Source: Micropruina sp.
Lineage (GTDB): Bacteria; Actinomycetota; Actinomycetes; Propionibacteriales; Propionibacteriaceae
Direction of reading: 5' to 3'
Length of the DNA stretch: 64,000 nucleotides
Assembly (NCBI RefSeq): GCF_047607385.1
Contig: NZ_JASGDE010000018.1
Coordinates: forward strand, 2,205 to 66,204
Positions 49,348 through 58,956 of the stretch are shown in pieces. Each line of letters opens with the position of its first letter. The stretch's first letter is position 1. A program made the translations under genes and the position numbers. The notes beneath the pieces were generated by a model. It saw only the letters and a list, made by a program, of their open reading frames with translations, was not told where the DNA came from and ran no database searches.

Positions 49348-50187
49348 GTGAATAACGTCCATACTCCACTCACCGACGCCCCGCGCCGACTGTTCGCCGG
49401 CGCCGCCAAGGTCGCGCCCGAGATGATCGTCTCCAGCGTTCCGACCCAGCTGCTGACCGCGGGCGACGCGCTCGATCTCATCGAAGCCCACTGGGCCTCC
49501 GACCAGGATCAGCCGCTCGGGGTCGCGTCGATCAATCTCGACCACATCCATCACTTCGGCGAGAAGGGTGCCTGGCACGGCTCGCTGGGCAAGTCGATGC
49601 CCTGGCTCAACCTGATCGACGGCGCCCCGATCGCGAAGAAGGCGCGCCGGCTGACCGGAACCCCGTGGCCGCGGCTCGCCGGCAGCGATCTGATGGGACC
49701 GATCCTCGACCGGGCGCAGGCCGGCGGCATCCGGGTCGGTTTCCTCGGCGGCGCAGCGCCGACACTGATGAAATTGCGCGAGACCGCAGCGGTCGAGTGG
49801 CCGCACCTGACCATCGCCGGCACCTGGGCACCTCCGCGGCAGCAGATCGTCGATCCCGCGGCCTCCCGCGAGTTGGCAGCCGAGGTTCGCGAAGCGAACG
49901 TCGACCTGCTCGTGGTCTGCCTCGGCAAGCCGCGCCAGGAGGCCTGGATCGAGGCCAACGGCGCCGCGACCGGAGCCCGCGTGCTGCTCGCCTTCGGCGC
50001 GGTTGTTGATTTTCTCGCCGGCGAGGTCTCCCGGGCTCCGCAGGTGATCGCCGAGGCCGGACTCGAGTGGGCTTGGCGCCTGGCGCAGGAGCCCAGCCGT
50101 CTGGCTCGGCGCTACCTGGTCCAGGGACCGCCGGCGTACCTGCAGCTTCAGCGAGCCACCCTGGGCGGGTCCTTCGGCCACGAGTGA
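49348..50187 (+). CDS. WecB/TagA/CpsF family (GT26) glycosyltransferase
   Basis: LDLIEAH...VASINLDHIHH...GSDLMGPILDRAQAGGIRVGFLGG...VDLLVVCLGKPRQEAWI...AFGAVVDFLAG. Confidence 0.85.
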   Translation: MNNVHTPLTDAPRRLFAGAAKVAPEMIVSSVPTQLLTAGDALDLIEAHWASDQDQPLGVASINLDHIHHFGEKGAWHGSLGKSMPWLNLIDGAPIAKKARRLTGTPWPRLAGSDLMGPILDRAQAGGIRVGFLGGAAPTLMKLRETAAVEWPHLTIAGTWAPPRQQIVDPAASRELAAEVREANVDLLVVCLGKPRQEAWIEANGAATGARVLLAFGAVVDFLAGEVSRAPQVIAEAGLEWAWRLAQEPSRLARRYLVQGPPAYLQLQRATLGGSFGHE

Positions 50188-50340
50188 GGGCGTCCAGCCC
50201 GATAATTGCTCCCCGTTTGCGATAGTCCGCGGCGGGGAGCATCCTTGTCTGTAATTCCCCAGACCGAGCGACCGCCGCGGCGCCCGGACGCGACGATCAG
50301 CAACGCGGGCGATGTGGAGCCCAGAAGGAGGTACCTCCGG

Positions 50341-51306
50341 GTGACCGACGCCTATGCGCCGATTGCTCCGCTGTCGGCAAAGGCCTTGCTGGTCTGTTCG
50401 ACCGGGGGCCATTTGTCCGAATTGGTCCGACTCGAACAGCGCCTGGGAATCCATCCCGACTCCGTGTGGCTGACTTTCGACACGCCCCAAGCGCGGCAAT
50501 TGCTGCGCCACCGACGCGTCCACCACCTGCCGTACATCGGCCCTCGTGACGTGCGCGGAACGCTGGCCGCGATTCCCGAGGCACGCCGCCTGCTGCGCGC
50601 CGAGCCATTCGAGGTGGCGATCAGCACCGGGGCCGCAATCGCCACGGCGGCCCTTCCCGCCGCTGCTCTGCACGGCGTCCGGGCGGTCTACGTGGAGAGC
50701 GTCTGCCGGGTTCGTGGCCCGTCCGCGACCGGTCGGATCCTGCAGCGGATCCCCGGCATCTCGCTCTACACCCAACACCACGAGTGGGCCGGCCGGCGCT
50801 GGCAGGCGTGCGAGAGCATCCTGTCCAATGTGCGCAGCGAACCGGCCGATCCGCACGCCACGCCACACCGCCTCTTCGTCACGTTGGGCACCATTCGGGG
50901 CTATCGGTTCGATTCCGCGATCGATGCCGTGCTGGCCAGCGGATACGCCAACGAGCACACCGTGTGGCAACTCGGCGACACCGACCGGGCCGACGACCTG
51001 CCCGGAACCGTCCACGACTACCTGACGCCCACCGAGTTCGTGGCCGCCGCCCAGGCGGCCGACGTCGTGGTGACACACTCCGGCGTCGGCACCCTGCTGG
51101 AGCTGCTGTCCATGGGCATCTATCCGGTGATGGCAATCCGGCGGTCCATTCGCAATGAACACGTCGACGACCATCAGACCGAAATCGCGGAACTGGTCAA
51201 CGGCGCCGATCTCGGCATCGCCGTCGATGGCCCGGACCTCACCGCGAGCGTCCTGGAACGGGCCGCCCGGCGGCGGGTGATCGACGGGTCGAGCCCCTCC
51301 CACTAG
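50341..51306 (+). CDS. Fused Alg14-like / Alg13-like (GT28 C-terminal domain) glycosyltransferase
   Basis: The N-terminal half has LLVCSTGGHLSELVRL...AISTGAAIATAALPAAALHGVRAVYVES (Alg14/PssD-like). The C-terminal half has LFVTLGT...VVTHSGVGTLLELLSMG...NEHVDDHQTEIA (Alg13/PssE-like). RBS aaggagg precedes GTG 50341. Confidence 0.7.
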   Translation: MTDAYAPIAPLSAKALLVCSTGGHLSELVRLEQRLGIHPDSVWLTFDTPQARQLLRHRRVHHLPYIGPRDVRGTLAAIPEARRLLRAEPFEVAISTGAAIATAALPAAALHGVRAVYVESVCRVRGPSATGRILQRIPGISLYTQHHEWAGRRWQACESILSNVRSEPADPHATPHRLFVTLGTIRGYRFDSAIDAVLASGYANEHTVWQLGDTDRADDLPGTVHDYLTPTEFVAAAQAADVVVTHSGVGTLLELLSMGIYPVMAIRRSIRNEHVDDHQTEIAELVNGADLGIAVDGPDLTASVLERAARRRVIDGSSPSH

Positions 51307-51556
51307 GGACGACGCGGAACGGTCTTGAGTTCGGGCGGCGTCCGGCACCGGCTCCCCGATCCCGCGCCACCGTAGAAAGTCGCGCCGTTACGGCACCGAA
51401 TCCGATGGACGGTGCCGGCCCAGAACCACGGACGTGGTAAGAGTCGTCGGCAAGTCCGGCTACGCTAGTGCGCGGCGTCGAGGCGACACCTCCTCCGCCA
51501 TGCCCAAATAGCTTGACATCACACGGTCCCCGCATCGGGGACATAGGGGGAAAGAC

Positions 51557-52438
51557 GTGAGTAGTACCGAATATCGCGAGAGCGAGCCGTTTACCCAGGT
51601 GGCGATCGGCCCGCTCGCCGCCTGGCGACGGCAGTGGGTCAAGGGCACCGTGGCTGCCCTGATCGGCGCCGTCGTCGGCGTGGCCGTTGGTTTCGCGATG
51701 CCGGTGTCGTACACCGCGGAGTCCCGGGTGGCAGTCGGCGCGGGCGACCTCACGTCGGGCGCCGTGGCCGGCTTCCCGCTCGCCGCCTCCGGGCTCGCCT
51801 CCAACTACGCCCGGTACGTGAACGACCGTGGCGTCGCGCAGACCGACGTGCCGGAGGGCGTCACGCTGTCCGCCTCGCAGATCCCGGAGTCCAATGTCAT
51901 CCGGATCGAGGCGGTCTCCGCCGACTCGGCAGCGGCGACCGCCGCCGCCAACACCGCGGCCGAGCAGTTGGTGAACATCGTCAACACCAACGGCCGGCAG
52001 TCGATCGACGCGGCCTTCGCCGACTTCTCCGAGGCTGCCAAGAACGACGCCAAGAACCAGACTCAGCTGGCTGCCGCGCAACGCAATCTGGACCAGCTGC
52101 TGAACAAGGACGGCGCCAAGAAGGCGGCCATTCAGGCCGCTCGCGACAAGGTCACCCAGGCCGCCGCGAACGCCGCCAACACGTCCGCGAAGTCGGCGGC
52201 GCTGCGCCAGAAGTACACCAACCTGGTGGACGGCGGGAAGACCGCCGCCAACCTCCAGCTGATCCGCACCGCGGACGCGCTGAAGTCCAATCGGATGAGC
52301 CGGGTCTCCCAGCTGGGACTGCTGGGCCTCATCGTCGGAGCGGCCGCCGGCCTGGTGATCGCCCTCCGGATCGAACGCCGGGGCACCTCGACCGCCCGCA
52401 CCGCGAACGAGAAGGCGACCGGACGCCACGGTGAGTGA
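51557..52438 (+). CDS. Wzz-like polysaccharide chain-length determinant (no kinase domain)
   Basis: N-terminal TM, an Ala/Gln/Asn-rich coiled-coil periplasmic region and a C-terminal TM (LGLLGLIVGAAAGLVIAL). Confidence 0.65.
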   Translation: MSSTEYRESEPFTQVAIGPLAAWRRQWVKGTVAALIGAVVGVAVGFAMPVSYTAESRVAVGAGDLTSGAVAGFPLAASGLASNYARYVNDRGVAQTDVPEGVTLSASQIPESNVIRIEAVSADSAAATAAANTAAEQLVNIVNTNGRQSIDAAFADFSEAAKNDAKNQTQLAAAQRNLDQLLNKDGAKKAAIQAARDKVTQAAANAANTSAKSAALRQKYTNLVDGGKTAANLQLIRTADALKSNRMSRVSQLGLLGLIVGAAAGLVIALRIERRGTSTARTANEKATGRHGE

Positions 52439-53777
52439 CGTGTCCACGTCCGCACCGAGCAGGGCGCTGCCGCCGCAACAGTTTCCCGGGATCGGCCCGC
52501 GGGAGCCCGCCTACGTCTGGCTCCTGCTGGCCGGCCTGGTCTTCACCATGTTCACCGGCCACACCGACGCGATCGGGCTGCCGATTCCGCTGGACCGGCC
52601 GCTGATCGCGCTCGCGGTGCTGCTGTGGTTCCTCGACCCTGCCCGCGATCACCTGCGGCTGCGGGCCTTCTACGCGGTCGCCGGCGCCACGATCGTGTGG
52701 ACCACGCTCTCCTGGATGTCCACCTGGCCGCCCAGCGACACCCAACCCGCCTTCGCGCTGCTCGACCGGATCATCGTCCCGCTGCTGATGTTCCCGCTCG
52801 GCGCCGCGATCTTCTCGACCGGCCACCGCCGGGAGCTGTTGCTCCGGACGTTGGCATTGATGGCCATCTACATCGGCTTCACCGGCCTGATGGAGTTCCT
52901 CGGCATCCGCTCGCTGCTGTTCCCCCGGTACATCCTGAACGGCCCCAGCCAGGGCATCGACAGCCGGGCCGGCGGTCCCTGGCTGGCGCCGGAGCCTCTC
53001 GGCATGGTGTCGGTGCTGGCGATCTTCATGGCCGGCCTGCTGGTGCACATCACCAAGGAGCGGCTCTGGCGCGTGATCGGCGCGGTCGGCGTGTTCAGCG
53101 GGATGATCGGCACGGTCGTCTGCCTGACCCGGTCGACCTGGCTCTCCGCGGTCCTCGCCGGGCTGGCCGTCGCCGTCCTGGTACCCCGGCTGCGGCGTCG
53201 GCTGGCTCCACTGGTGGTGCTGATCGTGATCGCCGGCACGGTGCTGCTGGTCGCCTTCCCGGAGTTCCGCGACGCGCTGGCGACCCGGCTCTTCACCGAG
53301 CGGTCGGTCTACGACCGGCAGAACACCAACGCCGCGGCACTGCAGATCGTTCAGCAGCTTCCGCTGTTCGGCATCGGCTGGGCCCAGTTCGTCCACCAGA
53401 ACGTGCTCTGGGTGCGTCAGGCCGACACCTACCCGGTGACCACCGTGACCATCGAGGTGCACAACGTGTTCCTCTCCCGCGCCGCGGAGACCGGCGTGCT
53501 GGGTGCTCTGCTCTGGGCTCTGTGCTTCATCACCGGGCCGATGCTGGGCCTGCTCGCGAAGCCGAGCGCGGTCTGGTCGCGGCACTGGAAGCTGGTCGGC
53601 CTGGCCGCCTTCATCGTCTGGATCGTCCCGTCGATGACCAGCCCGAATCCCTATCTGACGCCGAACTATCTGGTCTGGCTGATCTGGGGAATCGCCGCCC
53701 GCGGCATCCTGATCGACTTGCCGCGCCGTCCGGCGGCCTCCGCGCTGCCGGCGTCCGACCTGGTCGGCGGCCGGTAG
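52431..53777 (+). CDS. O-antigen ligase/polymerase (Wzy-type) family membrane protein
   Basis: 448 aa, at least 10 TM, with a large loop containing LTRSTWLSAVLAGL and EVHNVFLSRAAETG, typical of the Wzy_C domain. It overlaps the Wzz stop by 8 nt. Confidence 0.75.
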   Translation: MSDVSTSAPSRALPPQQFPGIGPREPAYVWLLLAGLVFTMFTGHTDAIGLPIPLDRPLIALAVLLWFLDPARDHLRLRAFYAVAGATIVWTTLSWMSTWPPSDTQPAFALLDRIIVPLLMFPLGAAIFSTGHRRELLLRTLALMAIYIGFTGLMEFLGIRSLLFPRYILNGPSQGIDSRAGGPWLAPEPLGMVSVLAIFMAGLLVHITKERLWRVIGAVGVFSGMIGTVVCLTRSTWLSAVLAGLAVAVLVPRLRRRLAPLVVLIVIAGTVLLVAFPEFRDALATRLFTERSVYDRQNTNAAALQIVQQLPLFGIGWAQFVHQNVLWVRQADTYPVTTVTIEVHNVFLSRAAETGVLGALLWALCFITGPMLGLLAKPSAVWSRHWKLVGLAAFIVWIVPSMTSPNPYLTPNYLVWLIWGIAARGILIDLPRRPAASALPASDLVGGR

Positions 53778-54065
53778 CACCGGCAACAGCAGTCGTCACT
53801 CCGGCAGATCGCCGGGCCAGGGCCGGGAGCGTCTATCGCTCCCGGCCCTTTCGGCGTCCGGCGGCAGCCAGCCGGAGAGCACTGCCGCTGCCCCTCCCCC
53901 CATCGACCGAGGACGCGCGGCCGCGGGGCACGGGCGCCGGTCGAGGGGTGTCCGGCCGCGAGTAGCCGGTGCGGCTGGCGGGTGCGGCTGACGAGTGCGG
54001 CAGGCCGGGTGCGGATGTGGATTCGGGCCTGCGGATGTCGACGTAGGTGCGGGTGCGGAGAAACG

Positions 54066-54099
54066 CCAGCGGCGCCGGCCATCAGGCCGGCGCCGCTGG
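54066..54099. terminator. Perfect 15-bp-stem hairpin between convergent genes
   Basis: CCAGCGGCGCCGGCC-atca-GGCCGGCGCCGCTGG, 22 nt downstream of the LamG gene stop. Confidence 0.75.
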
Positions 54100-54121
54100 G
54101 GTTGTTCGTCGCGGTGTTCGC

Positions 54122-55912
54122 TCAGGAAGCAGCCTTGTGCTGTGCCGCGACCGTGGTTGCGCTCAGCACGGTGCCGTAGACGGCGAACTCGTCCAGCGAA
54201 GCCTGCGCGTAGTAGCTGCTGGGCGCGCTCGGCCAGCTCTTCAGGTTGCCGCCGCCGAGCCGCCAGTAGCCGGACCCGGACTGCGCCTTGGTCTCGCTGT
54301 TGCTGGCGATCAGCGCACCGTCCACGTAGAGCTTCGTGCCTCCGGTGCCCTGGGTGGCGGTGACCATGTGCCAGGCGCCGTCGTTATAGGCCTTGGAGCT
54401 CGTCAACGCGGAGACCTTGCCGGAGTAGGTGCCGAAGACCAGCTTGCCGGCGTTGGTCAAGTAGAGCGCCCGGTCATAGCGCGAGCCGTTGCCGGTCTTG
54501 GTGCTCTCGAAACCCGCCAGCTTGCCGCCGGACTTGGTGGTGGTCTTGAACCACAGTTGCATGCTGAACGAGCTGGACGGCGTGGTGGCGGCCGAGCTGG
54601 AGACCAGCGAGCCCGACTTGCCCTGGGTGGTCACCGCGGTGTTGCCCTTGATGGCGCCGGCCACACCGGTGGTCACGCTGCTCAGGGTTCCGGTACGACC
54701 GTTGCCGCTGGAGTCCGCGGCGGTGCTGCCCTTGTCGGACAGATCCCAGTACAGCGAGGGCTTGGCTCCCTTGACCGCGGCGGCGTAGCCGGTGTTGGCC
54801 GGTGCGCTGGTCGACGGGTTGGACACCACCGGCGGCGTGGAGGTCGCCGGCGGGGTGGAACCGGCGTTCACCGGCGCGCGGTAGTTCAGCGGGAGGGCGA
54901 CGAGCTTGTCGAGCGGGAAGGCGACCTCGCCCTTGCTCTTGTCGCCGGCCATCTCGGCCCAGGCAGCCCGGCCACGGAAGATCGACGAGTAGCGGTCGGT
55001 CGACAGCGCGATCGGGTTCTCCGCGGCGAAGCTCACCGAGCCCGAGGTGTCGGTGATGATGATGCCGTACTCCTGCGCGGCCTTGGCGATGGTCTTGGCC
55101 GCGGGCGAGAGCTTCATCGCGTCGATGTTGAGGCTGGCCGGCAGCCGCAGCATCTGACCGATGGACAACTCGCTGCCGGTCCACCAGCCGTCGGTCCGGA
55201 CGGCGGGCCAGGAGATGCTGCCCTTCTTGGTCTGCGGGACGGCCAGGCCGACCACGTGGTCGATGCGACCGTTCAGCAGCTCCTGCTCGCGAATCGTGGT
55301 GGCCCACTTGGCCATGCCGCTGGCAGAGGCACCGAAGGTGCCGCTGAAGACGCCGAGCGACTTGTTGGCCTCGGTGATCTTGCCGCCCCAGCAGGCCTCC
55401 CACTTGCTGCCGTTCTTGCGGGCGCGCCACAACTCGACCAGCTCCTTGCTGTCCGGGTTGTAGATCGCCACGCTGCCGTCGGTGGACGGGTCGGGCTGCA
55501 TGTCGTTGGGGATGTGGACCTTCTTCAACTGTGCGTTGAGGTAGACCGCGACGCTGGCGGTGTGACTCTGGCAGTTCCACGCGGTGATGTCGTAAGCCGG
55601 ATCGGAATTGCGGGCCACGTACAGCGGCGTGGAGTACTTGCCGGTGTTGATCGCCACGTTGGGGGTGGTGGCGGTTCCGTAGTACTTGTGGGCCTGAGCC
55701 TTGAGGCTCGACACCAGCGCACCGGAGTCGGAGGCTGCCGGGGTGGAGCTGGGCAGCTTCTGGTAGAAGGGCGAGTTCGAAGCGAACACGCGCGAAGAGA
55801 CGGGACGGCTGTCGGTTCCGGAACTGCTCTTCGCGACAGCCGGCAGCGGCGAGGAGAGCGCGAGTGCGGCAGCGCTGAGGGCTACCAGGGCGGCTCGACT
55901 GAGCTTGGCCAT
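54122..55912 (-). CDS. Secreted protein: unknown N-terminal domain + Pro/Thr/Ser linker + C-terminal LamG/concanavalin-A-like lectin domain
   Basis: Signal peptide MAKLSRAALVALSAAALALSSPLPAVA. C-terminal FSMQLWFKTTT...LYLTNAGKLVFG...AWHMVTATQGTGGTKLYVDG...LDEFAVY is a LamG signature. Confidence 0.75.
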   Translation of the reverse strand: MAKLSRAALVALSAAALALSSPLPAVAKSSSGTDSRPVSSRVFASNSPFYQKLPSSTPAASDSGALVSSLKAQAHKYYGTATTPNVAINTGKYSTPLYVARNSDPAYDITAWNCQSHTASVAVYLNAQLKKVHIPNDMQPDPSTDGSVAIYNPDSKELVELWRARKNGSKWEACWGGKITEANKSLGVFSGTFGASASGMAKWATTIREQELLNGRIDHVVGLAVPQTKKGSISWPAVRTDGWWTGSELSIGQMLRLPASLNIDAMKLSPAAKTIAKAAQEYGIIITDTSGSVSFAAENPIALSTDRYSSIFRGRAAWAEMAGDKSKGEVAFPLDKLVALPLNYRAPVNAGSTPPATSTPPVVSNPSTSAPANTGYAAAVKGAKPSLYWDLSDKGSTAADSSGNGRTGTLSSVTTGVAGAIKGNTAVTTQGKSGSLVSSSAATTPSSSFSMQLWFKTTTKSGGKLAGFESTKTGNGSRYDRALYLTNAGKLVFGTYSGKVSALTSSKAYNDGAWHMVTATQGTGGTKLYVDGALIASNSETKAQSGSGYWRLGGGNLKSWPSAPSSYYAQASLDEFAVYGTVLSATTVAAQHKAAS

Positions 55913-56251
55913 TGGGGGTCGTCCAATCGTGAGAGGTTGGGCCGGGGCTTCCCGGGTCGTTGGCGAAAGGTGCGCGCTGGGCGCAGCCGAAAGCTTAGTG
56001 CAAACTGAGGATTTGCTGAAATCTAGCCAAGGATGTCGGCTTACGCACAGCCGGACGCCGGCGTCCCACTCTCGCGAGAAGCAGCGTCAGCACTTGTCAG
56101 ACGGTGATTGGCGGGATGCAACAGGGCCTCCGGAGGCAGCGTGGCGGCGGCGTCCGATGCCCAGAATCATCCAAGAATTATGAGAGACACCTGCGCCGGA
56201 CGCGACGATCGCCGCCCCACCGGACGGCGGGACGGCGATCGGGGTTCAGGC

Positions 56252-57895
56252 TCAGCGCCGGAGCTTTGAGCGGGCCTGATCGATCAGGCCACGCAGCCGG
56301 CGGATGCCCACGATGTAGATGACGTAGGCCAGCAGCGCGGGTGCGGCCGCCGCTCCGACGGTCAGCAGCGCCAGGGCGCCGTAGGGCACGATGGTGCCCA
56401 CCACGTAGTGTGCGACCGCCCAGCAGGACGCCGCGGAGAACGCGCTCGCAGCCACCACCCAGAGCCACGGAACCTCGCTCCAGGGCGTCGGGAGCGGAGT
56501 GTCCACCCGGCGCTGACCGACCCAGGTCAGGTACGTCGCGGAGCAGATCGCGGCGACCAGGGTGGCGCTGATCGTCCCCACCACGCCGAAGGAGAGGATC
56601 AGCGGGAAGGTCAGCGACAGGTTGATCACCATGTTGATGACGTCGTAGGAGAGGGTCAGGCCCGACCGGCCCAGCCCGTTCAGCCAGAACCGCTGGACCA
56701 TCATGGTGAGGGTCACCCCGTAGGCGAGCAGGATGACGGCGGCCACCTGGCCGGGCAGATCGGTGCCCAGGTGCAGCCACACCGTGACGCCGAAGCCGGC
56801 AGCGGGGACGCCGACGCCGATCCAGCCGGCGATCAGGCGGACCCAGAGCCGCTGGATCTTGATCACCTGATCGACCGCCCCGGTCGGCCCGTGCTCGCCG
56901 ATCGCCCGGGCGATGTTGGCATCGATCGGAACGGTCGCGTTGAACGGCACTCCGCGCATCGTGTTGGCGAAGCTGGCGCCGGTTCCGAACGCGGTCATCT
57001 GCGGCGCCGCGAACCGGCCGACGAACAGCGAATCGCCGTAGTCGGCCAGCAGCGTCAAGGTGCCGGAGATCTGGATCTTCCAGGCGTAGCCGAAGAACTC
57101 CTTCAGCAGGCTCCACGGCACGAACCGCACCGCGGCCCAGTCCAGCCGGCGCAGCGCGGCCGGCAGCACCATCAGCGTCGGGAAGACCTGCTGGGCGATG
57201 AACGCCCAGGCGATTCCGACCAGCCCGATGTCGTTCTGCACCGCCAGCACCATGCCGGTGGCGTAGGCGAAGAAGCCCAGCAGGTCACCCAGGGCGGTGA
57301 ACCGGAACAGGTTCGCGGTGAGCAGCACCTGGGTGAACAGCCCACGGACCTGCGAGATGCCGGCCAGGATGATCATCACCCGAAGCAGGTAGACGGCCCC
57401 CTCCGGGTCCTCCGCCGAACCCGGGAAGAAGGCCATGATCTGCGGCGCGGCCAGCAGCAACAGTGCGCAGAGCACGGACGCCGCGATGGTCATGATGACG
57501 AACAGGGAGGTCAACAGCGAGGTCATCGCGGCCCGGTCGCCGCGTCCGGTGTAGATCCCGAAGTAGCGGCGCGAGCTCGCCCCGACGCCGCCGTCCACAC
57601 TGCCGATGAACTGCTGGATCACCGCGATCAGCAGGAAGACGCCGTAGAGCCCGGTGCCGAATCCGTGGATCAGGTACGGGGTCAGCGCAAGGTTGAAGAC
57701 CAGCGGCGACATCTGGGCGAGCGCCTGCCAGCCGGTGCCGCGGGCGAGCCTGCGAAGCAGGCTGGGCTCGGACACCGGGGTCTTCACCTTCGCCGCACCC
57801 TGTTCGATGAGTTCCTCCTGGGTGACGGCGGATTCGTCGTCCGTCGAGCCCTCGGCCTCTCCGGGGTGGGCGGGGCCGGTGCTGGTGTCGGTCAC
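56252..57895 (-). CDS. Wzx-type (MOP superfamily) polysaccharide flippase
   Basis: 547 aa, about 12-14 TM. GTG 57895 overlaps the upstream GT2 stop (GTGA). The longer 677-aa track ORF would overlap the GT2 gene. Confidence 0.8.
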   Translation of the reverse strand: MTDTSTGPAHPGEAEGSTDDESAVTQEELIEQGAAKVKTPVSEPSLLRRLARGTGWQALAQMSPLVFNLALTPYLIHGFGTGLYGVFLLIAVIQQFIGSVDGGVGASSRRYFGIYTGRGDRAAMTSLLTSLFVIMTIAASVLCALLLLAAPQIMAFFPGSAEDPEGAVYLLRVMIILAGISQVRGLFTQVLLTANLFRFTALGDLLGFFAYATGMVLAVQNDIGLVGIAWAFIAQQVFPTLMVLPAALRRLDWAAVRFVPWSLLKEFFGYAWKIQISGTLTLLADYGDSLFVGRFAAPQMTAFGTGASFANTMRGVPFNATVPIDANIARAIGEHGPTGAVDQVIKIQRLWVRLIAGWIGVGVPAAGFGVTVWLHLGTDLPGQVAAVILLAYGVTLTMMVQRFWLNGLGRSGLTLSYDVINMVINLSLTFPLILSFGVVGTISATLVAAICSATYLTWVGQRRVDTPLPTPWSEVPWLWVVAASAFSAASCWAVAHYVVGTIVPYGALALLTVGAAAAPALLAYVIYIVGIRRLRGLIDQARSKLRR

Positions 57896-58845
57896 AGACG
57901 CTCCTTCGCCCGCCGCCGCAACGGCGTTCCCTCGGGCATCAGTTCCAGGATGGGCGCGGCCACGCCGGCCACCATCGCCTTGCTCCGCAGCCCGCGATAG
58001 CGCGGATAGTCCCTGGCCGCGGCGCGCAGCAGCGCGGCGCCCTGGCGGAAGTCGCCGGCGGCCCAGGCCTGCCTGGCCAACTGCCGCTGCCGCTGCGGAG
58101 ACCCGTGGTTCGCGCGGGCCGACAGCAGCGTGCGCTCGCGTTCGGTGAGGGTACCTGCGAAGCGCGTCGCCAGCCCGGCGAAGAGCTCGTCCTCGGCATC
58201 CATCATCGCCGTCGAATCCGCCGACTGGCTGTGGCCCTGCTGCCGGTACATGGCGGTCTCCTCGGTCTGGAATGCCACTCGCCACCCGGACAGGATCGCG
58301 CGCGCCCAGTATTCCCAGTCCTCGCAGCGGTGCAGGTCTTCGCTGAACGGGCCGATCTCGTCGACCATCCGGCGCGGGAACACCGAGAAGATGGACACGA
58401 AGTTCATCTGCAGGATCGCTTCGCGCTGCTCGCCGACCGGAATTTCACCGAACGGCGAAACCCCGTAGTCCTTCAGTCCATCGTCGGTGAGCGCCATGGC
58501 GGCGCAGGTCACCCAGGTGCGGGCCGGCGACTTGTCGAGCACGGCCAGCGCCTTGGCGACGTAGTTCGGCAACAGGATGTCGTCGGAGTCGCATAAGGCG
58601 ATGACGTCCCCGGTGGCCGACTTCAGCCCGGTGTTGCGGGCGGCGTTGGGGCCGGCGTTGCGCTGCTGCAGCAGGGTGATCCGGTCGCCGAATCCGCTCG
58701 CTATGCGATGGGTGTCGTCGGTCGAGCCGTCGTCCACAACCACCAGTTCCACGTCCGGGTGGCTCTGGCTCAGCACACTGCTGATCGCCGCCCCGATCCG
58801 CGCCCCGGCGTTGTAGGTGGGCATGATGATGCTCACTCTCGGCAC
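57892..58845 (-). CDS. GT2 family glycosyltransferase
   Basis: VSIIMPTYNAGARIGAAISSVLSQSHPDVELVVVDDGSTDDT...ALCDSDDIL. Confidence 0.85.
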   Translation of the reverse strand: MPRVSIIMPTYNAGARIGAAISSVLSQSHPDVELVVVDDGSTDDTHRIASGFGDRITLLQQRNAGPNAARNTGLKSATGDVIALCDSDDILLPNYVAKALAVLDKSPARTWVTCAAMALTDDGLKDYGVSPFGEIPVGEQREAILQMNFVSIFSVFPRRMVDEIGPFSEDLHRCEDWEYWARAILSGWRVAFQTEETAMYRQQGHSQSADSTAMMDAEDELFAGLATRFAGTLTERERTLLSARANHGSPQRQRQLARQAWAAGDFRQGAALLRAAARDYPRYRGLRSKAMVAGVAAPILELMPEGTPLRRRAKERL

Positions 58846-58872
58846 GTTTGTGTTCCCCCCAGGTCAGAACTC

Positions 58873-58898
58873 CGGGGAGCCTCAGACGAGGCTCCCCG
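58873..58898 (-). terminator. Hairpin CGGGGAGCCTC-agac-GAGGCTCCCCG downstream of the acyltransferase gene
   Basis: Perfect 11-bp stem in the 111-bp gap between 58957 (stop) and 58845 (next start). Confidence 0.6.
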
Positions 58899-58956
58899 TT
58901 CAATTAGCTCGTGACATCGTATCAGCGCATACTTGCGCCGCCCCGATCTCAGCCCG

